Shown piece after piece: positions 58,079 to 64,000 of a stretch of 64,000 nt of DNA (position 1 is its first letter; each line of letters opens with the position of its first letter). The stretch is from an uncultured virus (IMG/VR IMGVR_UViG_3300034102_000864). Lineage: Duplodnaviria; Heunggongvirae; Uroviricota; Caudoviricetes. The notes under the pieces were generated by a model. That model searched no databases. It saw only the letters and a program-made list of their open reading frames with translations, and was not told the origin of the DNA. The stretch spans positions 1 to 64,000 of IMG/VR virus record IMGVR_UViG_3300034102_000864, one strand, 5' to 3'. The translations under genes were made by a program, and so were the position numbers.

Positions 58079-59725
58079 ATGGATCAAAGTTTAAAAAATA
58101 GCATCATTAATATTTTTAAAGAAGAGCAAGATCAAATGGATGGTGCTCTAGATAATAAGAGTGACGTAAAAGCACCTGATACAATTACTGAATATACTGT
58201 CACACAAAATTCTGATGGTACTTGGTCTAAAAATGAAAGAACAAAAAAACCTGATTTTTATGATGGTAGTGTAGATAAGAAAAATAGAGATAAAGTTAAA
58301 AAAAAGGCAAAAGACTTACAAGCATTTTGCAGAGAAATTGATAATAAAATTTTAGATTTCAATTCTCAAATTGATGCCAAAAAACAACAATTGGTCAGTC
58401 TAACAGCACAGGCAAAAACTGCAAATTGTTGGGTAGGTACTGCTCATAGTTTACCTGTTGGTGGAATATCCAAATATTATGGAACAGATATTGCATTTAA
58501 TGGTGAAGTTGAAAATATTAAAATTTATCCCAAAATGGCAGGTCCTCAACAGGATAATAATGCAAAAAATGTATTTGATCCAGATACAATATATACACTA
58601 AATGATACTTACTCTGGATATGGTTATAAGAATCTACCAGAGAGAGTAGTTTATGAAAATACAGACGGTGTTGGAACTGGTTCTAGTATCGATGGTAGTG
58701 GTAGTTCTCTAGGTGCTGTAAAGTTCGATATTTCAAAAATACAGTCTGATCACAATGCACGTTCATTCAGTTCAGTTGGTGTTGGCACTAATGCAATTTG
58801 GACTTGGTACTATGACGGAGCAACTTCACCAGCAACTTGTGTTTCTATTGCAAATAGCATAGACAGCATTTACGACGAAATTATATCCTTAAGAAAAGAA
58901 AGAAATGCTTTAAGACGTGATTTGAACGTAATAAAAGATAAAAAGATGGAAAAAGAACTTGCTTCTTGGGGACTAAACAGAGTCGCATCGGAAGTAAAGG
59001 AAAGAAAGACGGTTCATACATCTGTGATTAATGCAATTAATAGTTTTAATGATGATATTACTGTCAATGATAAGTCTCTTGTTCTTTATCTTGATGCCGG
59101 AGACAATGATTCTTATTCTGGAGTCGGAACTTCTTGGTATGATTTGAATGGTAGTGGTAAAGTTGCAACTCTTGTCAATGGTCCTACTTATGATTATGCA
59201 AATGGTGGATCGATTGTATTTGTTGAAATTCCAAATCTACAGTATGCAACAGTATCTACTTCAACAGTTACTGCACATTCTAATAATCCATTTACGTTAG
59301 AATCGTGGGCAAAAAATACATTAAGTGGTGATTATAATACTGTTTTAACTGCAGTTGGACCAGATAGAGAAATTGGATTTCATAATGGACAATTTCTTTA
59401 TGGTGGAAATGGTGGTGCTGGAAATACATTAAGATTTGCTGGGACAAATACAATAGGAAATTGGTATCATTTAGTGATGACTTTTGAAGGTTTAGGAGAC
59501 AAGATAGCAAAATTTTATGTAAATGGAGTTTTAATTGATGCAAACTCAATTGGTGATAATGGAGCAACTTCAACTTCTACTATAAGGATTGGTTCTTACT
59601 CTACTTCTGGATCTGAATTTTTAACTGGAAATGTTGCAATTGCACGAATTTATAATAAGTGTTTATCGGCAGCAGAAGTAACACAAAACTTTAATGATAC
59701 TAAGGGAAGATTTAACATCTCATAA
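58079..59725 (+). CDS. Coiled-coil protein with C-terminal LamG/ConA domain
   Basis: LVLYLDAG...SYSG.G..WYDL, WYHLV.T, FYVNG, RIYNK.LSAAEV.QNF. Confidence 0.75.
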   Translation: MDQSLKNSIINIFKEEQDQMDGALDNKSDVKAPDTITEYTVTQNSDGTWSKNERTKKPDFYDGSVDKKNRDKVKKKAKDLQAFCREIDNKILDFNSQIDAKKQQLVSLTAQAKTANCWVGTAHSLPVGGISKYYGTDIAFNGEVENIKIYPKMAGPQQDNNAKNVFDPDTIYTLNDTYSGYGYKNLPERVVYENTDGVGTGSSIDGSGSSLGAVKFDISKIQSDHNARSFSSVGVGTNAIWTWYYDGATSPATCVSIANSIDSIYDEIISLRKERNALRRDLNVIKDKKMEKELASWGLNRVASEVKERKTVHTSVINAINSFNDDITVNDKSLVLYLDAGDNDSYSGVGTSWYDLNGSGKVATLVNGPTYDYANGGSIVFVEIPNLQYATVSTSTVTAHSNNPFTLESWAKNTLSGDYNTVLTAVGPDREIGFHNGQFLYGGNGGAGNTLRFAGTNTIGNWYHLVMTFEGLGDKIAKFYVNGVLIDANSIGDNGATSTSTIRIGSYSTSGSEFLTGNVAIARIYNKCLSAAEVTQNFNDTKGRFNIS

Positions 59726-59775
59726 CCAGTTTTCCAACTGGCACACTTGACACCAACCCCCATTTACCCTATAAT
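59726..59775 (+). promoter_or_regulatory. Sigma70 promoter with an upstream palindromic motif
   Basis: CCAGTT-TTCC-AACTGG-CACAC, then TTGACA(59747)-N17-TATAAT(59770). Confidence 0.85.
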
Positions 59776-59800
59776 ATGGGGGTAATCAACGGAACACCAA

Positions 59801-60001
59801 ATGAGCACCGCACAAGAGACCGTCCAAGGCATTGTGATTGATGTATGCAGCAAGTCTTTTCTTCTTCTGAGTGATCAGGGAAACACCAAGACTGTACAGT
59901 GCGACAATACCGAAGAGTTTATGAACGTGTTGGAAGTTGTTACTGCTCAACTTGATCCTGAGCAGATTGAGTATGCTGACCTTGCCATTTACGGTGAGTG
60001 A
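59801..60001 (+). CDS. Small hypothetical protein
   Basis: 66 aa, directly downstream of a strong promoter. Confidence 0.7.
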   Translation: MSTAQETVQGIVIDVCSKSFLLLSDQGNTKTVQCDNTEEFMNVLEVVTAQLDPEQIEYADLAIYGE

Positions 60002-60009
60002 TGCTATAA

Positions 60010-60017
60010 TATAAATA
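60010..60017 (+). promoter_or_regulatory. T4 late promoter
   Basis: Perfect TATAAATA. Confidence 0.65.
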
Positions 60018-60032
60018 CCGAAAAAGAAACGA

Positions 60033-60206
60033 ATGGAAGTTTTCACAGTGGAAGAGTTTCAAGAGAGGTTTGACGAACTCATTGAGAGAGTGGAAAACGG
60101 AGAGCAATTAGGTATAATTAATGAGAATGGGCAGGCAGCAGTTATGATGCCTGCAGATGATGACTTTGTACGAATACACACTGTGTGTAATAACGAAGCA
60201 TCATAA
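60033..60206 (+). CDS. Phd/YefM antitoxin-like small protein (57 aa)
   Basis: MEVFTVEEFQERFDELIERVENGEQLGIINENGQAAVMMP follows the Phd N-terminal pattern; not in the ORF track. Confidence 0.55.
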   Translation: MEVFTVEEFQERFDELIERVENGEQLGIINENGQAAVMMPADDDFVRIHTVCNNEAS

Positions 60207-60214
60207 ACGCAGAA

Positions 60215-60302
60215 GCGAGTGAGACTTGGTAGTCAGAGGAGTCTTATAAACTCTTTCCGCCAGATTAGCGGCTTTGACCTGGTTCGAATCCAGGCACTCG
60301 TA
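60215..60302 (+). tRNA. Atypical tRNA-Ile(UAU) with long variable arm
   Basis: Acceptor GCGAGTG/CACTCGT, anticodon arm GGAGT-CTTATAA-ACTCT, T arm CCTGG-TTCGAAT-CCAGG. Confidence 0.7.
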
Positions 60303-60323
60303 TCACTCTAAACTACATTAGAG

Positions 60324-60331
60324 TATAAATA
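60324..60331 (+). promoter_or_regulatory. T4 late promoter for the HNH gene
   Basis: TATAAATA flanked by a CACTCTA/TAGAGTG inverted repeat. Confidence 0.65.
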
Positions 60332-60355
60332 AAAGTGTAGAGTGGTCTAACTTCT

Positions 60356-60775
60356 ATGGTAGGAACTTGTAAAAAATGCGAGAAAACTTTTAAATATTCT
60401 CCATCCCAATCAAACGGCATCTATTGTTCCAATAAATGTCAGCAAGAATACCTTTATGAACAAAATATTACTGATTGGTTGTCCAAAAAAATAACTGGAA
60501 AAGTTAGGGATGGAAGGCCAAGTGATTTTGTTAGAAGGTATATGCTTGAAGAAGCAGGACATAAATGTTCTGAATGTGGTTGGGGAAAAGCAAATCCAGT
60601 AAATGGTATTATCTACCTTGAAATAGACCACATAGATGGTTCGAGAGAAAATGGATACAAAGAAAACTTACGAGTTTTGTGTCCAAACTGTCATACTTTG
60701 ACTGATACTTATAAAACTTTAAACAAAAAAGTTGGGTATCATAAAAAAAGAAAGCAGTTAAACGAGCTGGTTTAG
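60356..60775 (+). mobile_element. HNH endonuclease (putative free-standing homing endonuclease)
   Basis: CxxC...YCSNKC, CSECG, LEIDHIDG...N...NLRVLCPNCH; located between two tRNAs. Confidence 0.8.
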
Positions 60776-60838
60776 CAATCTGGCGAATGCAATCGACTCA
60801 TAATCGATGGGAGGCGAGTTCGATCCTCGCAACCAGCA
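60766..60838 (+). tRNA. tRNA with CAU anticodon (elongator Met or Ile2)
   Basis: GCTGGTT/AACCAGC acceptor, ATCGA-CTCATAA-TCGAT anticodon arm, GCGAG-TTCGATC-CTCGC T arm. Confidence 0.9.
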
Positions 60839-60839
60839 C

Positions 60840-60868
60840 TTGACCACTACAACTCTATGAGTTATAAT
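60840..60868 (+). promoter_or_regulatory. Sigma70 promoter for tRNA-Leu
   Basis: TTGACC-N17-TATAAT. Confidence 0.8.
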
Positions 60869-60880
60869 GGTCTCATACAA

Positions 60881-60963
60881 GCGAGTATGGTGGAATCGGT
60901 AGACACACCAGACTTAAAATCTGTTGGGCATTGCTCGTGGGAGTTCAAGTCTCCCTACTCGCA
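60881..60963 (+). tRNA. tRNA-Leu(UAA)
   Basis: GCGAGTA/TACTCGC acceptor, CAGA-CTTAAAA-TCTG anticodon arm, variable arm, GGGAG-TTCAAGT-CTCCC T arm. Confidence 0.92.
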
Positions 60964-60995
60964 CTAAAAATAAATACAAGATATGGGAATTTCCT

Positions 60996-61301
60996 ATGTC
61001 TTATCGTATCGATCACGCATACTGCTGGTACAATAATGGCAGTATGATTGTGAAGATGTACTTTATCAATCATATTCCTTTTACATTTGACGAACTTCCC
61101 GATGGACACTTATATGATCTAGATCTTTGTAGATTGGCAGACAAAGAAAGATCTTTTGAGCCAGAAGACTTGTACAGAAATTCTTTCTATCTGATAGATG
61201 AAGAGGTACATCCTTGCTTCTTTCCAGTTGAGTTAGAGAATCCTGAAGATATGCCTGACGATATAGAATTTGAATATGATGGGGAAGATTTGACTAACTA
61301 A
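60996..61301 (+). CDS. Conserved hypothetical protein
   Basis: ATG at 60996 (MSYRIDHAYCWY...KMYFINHIPFTFDE), preceded by ATAAATA. Confidence 0.7.
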   Translation: MSYRIDHAYCWYNNGSMIVKMYFINHIPFTFDELPDGHLYDLDLCRLADKERSFEPEDLYRNSFYLIDEEVHPCFFPVELENPEDMPDDIEFEYDGEDLTN

Positions 61302-61336
61302 ATAAAACATAGAAATCTTCTGGTTGTTATAATCCG

Positions 61337-64000
61337 ATGCCTCTTAATAAGTTAGATAATTTTATCAAGAATACTGAAGGTCGTATTCTTTATGTAAGTC
61401 CAAGTGATCTTGATTCAACAGACAGTATTGATAATCAGGGTAATTCTCTTGCCAGACCCTTTAAAACAGTTCAGAGAGCACTTTTAGAGGCTGCAAGATT
61501 TTCATATGTGAAGGGTGATGATAATGATATTACAGAAAAAACAACAATTTTACTTCTTCCTGGTGAGCACATAATTGATAATAGACCAGGTTTTAGACTT
61601 TACAATGATGCAGGGACTGCTAAAGTCGTATCACCAGATTCGAGTATTGGTGTAACAAATCCAACTGCAACTGCAGCTTTAAGTTTATCACTTTCTTCTA
61701 ATTTTGATTTAACTCAACTTGATAATATCCTATACAAGTTTAATAGTATTTACGGTGGTGTTATCGTACCTAGAGGTGTATCGATAGTTGGTTTAGACCT
61801 TAGAAAGACAAAGATTCGTCCTAAGTATGTACCAAACCCAACAGACTCATCAGCATCTAAAACTGCTATTTTTAGACTCACCGGTGCTTGTTACTTATGG
61901 CAGTTTTCTTTCTTTGATGCTAGAGAAAGTGAATTAGCATATACAAATCCAACAGATTTTACTGATACAGCAAAACCAACATTTTCCCACCACAAAGTAA
62001 CGTGTTTTGAATATTGTGATGGTGTAAACAAATATGCTAATACTGGTCTTACAGACCTTGATATGTATTATGCAAAATTATCTCACGCATATGGCACTAG
62101 TGCTGGTACGAGAGAAATTGATCAAAAATATCCAACTGATGCTGGTGGGTTTGCAAAACAACGTCCAGAATGGGAAATTGTTGGTGCTTTTGATAGTGAT
62201 GTAATTCCTGTTTCTGCAATTAGTATTAGCTCTTCTGGTAGCAATTTAGTTACAGTCACAACATCAGTTCCTCACGAATTTAATGAAGGAACTCCAATCA
62301 AGGTTAGAAATGTAATTCCAGTAGATTACAATATTTCCACAAAAGTTCAAACAGTTTTAAGTGATACTAAATTTACTTATTTGATTCCTAATGCAAGACG
62401 AGATCTTGACTTAAATGGCAATGCTTCTTCTGCAACTGTAGTTATTGAAACTGATACTGTTTCTGGTGCTTCTCCTTATATCTTCAACATCTCTATGCGT
62501 TCTGTATGGGGTATGAACGGAATGCACGCTGATGGTGCAAAGGCTTCTGGTTTCCGTTCAATGGTTGTTGCCCAATTTACGGGTGTTTCTCTGCAAAAAG
62601 ATGATCGTGCTTTTGTAAAATACTTCCAAGATTCTAGAAAGTATATTGGAATTGATGTAACTAAAGTAACAGGATCGGAATTATCTGGTCGATCTTCATC
62701 TACAGATCCTGGGACTGCATTCCACCTAGATCCTGCAGCAATTTACCGAAATGGTTGGGAGTCTTCTCACATTAAGGCATCGAATGATTCATTTATTCAG
62801 GTCGTATCTGTATTCGCAATTGGATTTACTAAACATTTTGATGGAGAATCTGGTGCAGACTACAGTATTACAAACTCTAACTCTAACTTTGGACAAATTT
62901 CTCTAAATGGTGATGGTTTTAAAGCAGAAGCATTTGATAAAGATAATAATTTATTCCTGACAAATATTGTTACACCCAAATCTATTGTAGGAACGCCAAA
63001 AACCGTTGACTGGATTTCACTTGATGTTGGAGTTACAACTACTGTCGGTGTATCAACTCGACTCTATCTGTTTGGATTTAAATCTCAAGATGATATTCCA
63101 CCAGTTTTAACTCAAGGATATCGCATTGGTGGCGCAGTAAATGATAAGTTGTATGTGACAATAAACAATGTCGAATATTCGGCAGACATTGTGATGTCTG
63201 ATGGAGTGACTAGTAGTGTAAAAGATTACACAGTATCAACTGTCAATAATAATAGATTTACACTAAGTAGTGCTCATACTCTAGAGAATACAGAAAAAGT
63301 TACATTACAGAGTTTAAGTGGAGATCTTCCTGAAAATATTACCGAGCACACTGTTTATTATGCAATTACTTCTAGCATTAATGCTACTCGAACAGATGGT
63401 ATAACGTTATCATCAACTCAGATTCAACTTGCAACTTCTCAGGCAGATGCAAGTCTTGGTATTCCCGTTACAATTTATGGTGGTAAAGATCTTAAACTTT
63501 TAAGTAGAGTTCACGATAAACAAGCTGGAGATATTGGGCATTCTGTTCAGTTTGATTCTACGAATAAGCAATGGTTTATTACTGTAAAATCAACAAACAA
63601 TACAATCTATAGTCAACTTGCTGCTTTAGGTGTCGGTGGATATCAAGCTAGAACTGATCCATCGTATATTAAGAGGATTCCAGATACAAGAAGTTTGGAT
63701 GAAAAATTATATAAACTTAGAGTTGTCATTCCAAAAGAACTTTTGGGTGCAAAAGCTCCAGAACCTGGATTTATTATTCAAGAGAGTAGTACAACTGGTG
63801 CAAGAAATGATTCCGATTTCCTTCTTCCAACTACCAGGAATCTAAATTATTTTGACTACAATTATAGTAAAAATCCAAGATTAATTGCAAGTTGCTCAAG
63901 ATCTACTGCAGTTAATGGAGTTTATACTGTAACAGTTGTAAGTGAAACCCCTCACGATCTCCAAGTTGGCAATAGCATTAAAATTTATAATGTAAAAGAT
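61337..64000 (+). CDS. Large virion structural / fibre protein, 3'-truncated by the window edge
   Basis: Not in the ORF track. MPLNKLDNFIKNTEGRILYVSP...PFKTVQRAL; the frames read at the start and at the window end agree (888 codons). Shares SPYI and SNxxFG motifs with 1..1344. Confidence 0.8.
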   Translation, partial: MPLNKLDNFIKNTEGRILYVSPSDLDSTDSIDNQGNSLARPFKTVQRALLEAARFSYVKGDDNDITEKTTILLLPGEHIIDNRPGFRLYNDAGTAKVVSPDSSIGVTNPTATAALSLSLSSNFDLTQLDNILYKFNSIYGGVIVPRGVSIVGLDLRKTKIRPKYVPNPTDSSASKTAIFRLTGACYLWQFSFFDARESELAYTNPTDFTDTAKPTFSHHKVTCFEYCDGVNKYANTGLTDLDMYYAKLSHAYGTSAGTREIDQKYPTDAGGFAKQRPEWEIVGAFDSDVIPVSAISISSSGSNLVTVTTSVPHEFNEGTPIKVRNVIPVDYNISTKVQTVLSDTKFTYLIPNARRDLDLNGNASSATVVIETDTVSGASPYIFNISMRSVWGMNGMHADGAKASGFRSMVVAQFTGVSLQKDDRAFVKYFQDSRKYIGIDVTKVTGSELSGRSSSTDPGTAFHLDPAAIYRNGWESSHIKASNDSFIQVVSVFAIGFTKHFDGESGADYSITNSNSNFGQISLNGDGFKAEAFDKDNNLFLTNIVTPKSIVGTPKTVDWISLDVGVTTTVGVSTRLYLFGFKSQDDIPPVLTQGYRIGGAVNDKLYVTINNVEYSADIVMSDGVTSSVKDYTVSTVNNNRFTLSSAHTLENTEKVTLQSLSGDLPENITEHTVYYAITSSINATRTDGITLSSTQIQLATSQADASLGIPVTIYGGKDLKLLSRVHDKQAGDIGHSVQFDSTNKQWFITVKSTNNTIYSQLAALGVGGYQARTDPSYIKRIPDTRSLDEKLYKLRVVIPKELLGAKAPEPGFIIQESSTTGARNDSDFLLPTTRNLNYFDYNYSKNPRLIASCSRSTAVNGVYTVTVVSETPHDLQVGNSIKIYNVKD

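Noticed and set aside
385..60631. Numerous 60-140 aa ORFs nested in or antisense to long genes
   Set aside because: No recognisable motifs; expected by chance in repetitive G/T/S-rich coding DNA.
60924..60995. 5' extension of the 60924..61301 ORF
   Set aside because: Begins inside tRNA-Leu. ATG 60996 is the likely start.
63630..63845. 71-aa plus-strand ORF
   Set aside because: Out-of-frame shadow inside the large gene starting at 61337.

Overview
AT-rich segment of a T4-like myovirus. Gene order and host-type regulatory signals (NtcA box, glutamine riboswitch) point to a cyanophage (Kyanoviridae-like). 1-26 kb: large repetitive virion and tail-fibre genes, including three paralogous fibre-like genes with a shared N-terminus. 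26-36.6 kb: three double Kelch-like beta-propeller proteins with hypervariable Pro-rich loops, interleaved with two glycosyltransferases, two 2OG-Fe(II) oxygenases and a sulfotransferase; this is a candidate protein hydroxylation/glycosylation/sulfation system. 36.6-44.3 kb: a promoter-to-terminator structured small RNA, glutaredoxin, an NtcA box with tandem glnA-type riboswitches (one containing an ORF inside its stem-loop) upstream of a DUF4278-like peptide, then thyX, phoH, exonuclease, g33, g59, g32 and a Mom-like DNA-modification gene. 44.2-59.7 kb: T4-like baseplate and tail genes, with a candidate -1 frameshift joining g26 and g51. 59.7-64 kb: small genes including a Phd/YefM-like ORF, three tRNAs (one an atypical Ile-UAU), an HNH endonuclease and the start of a large structural gene. 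All calls come from reading motifs by eye; no database searches were run.
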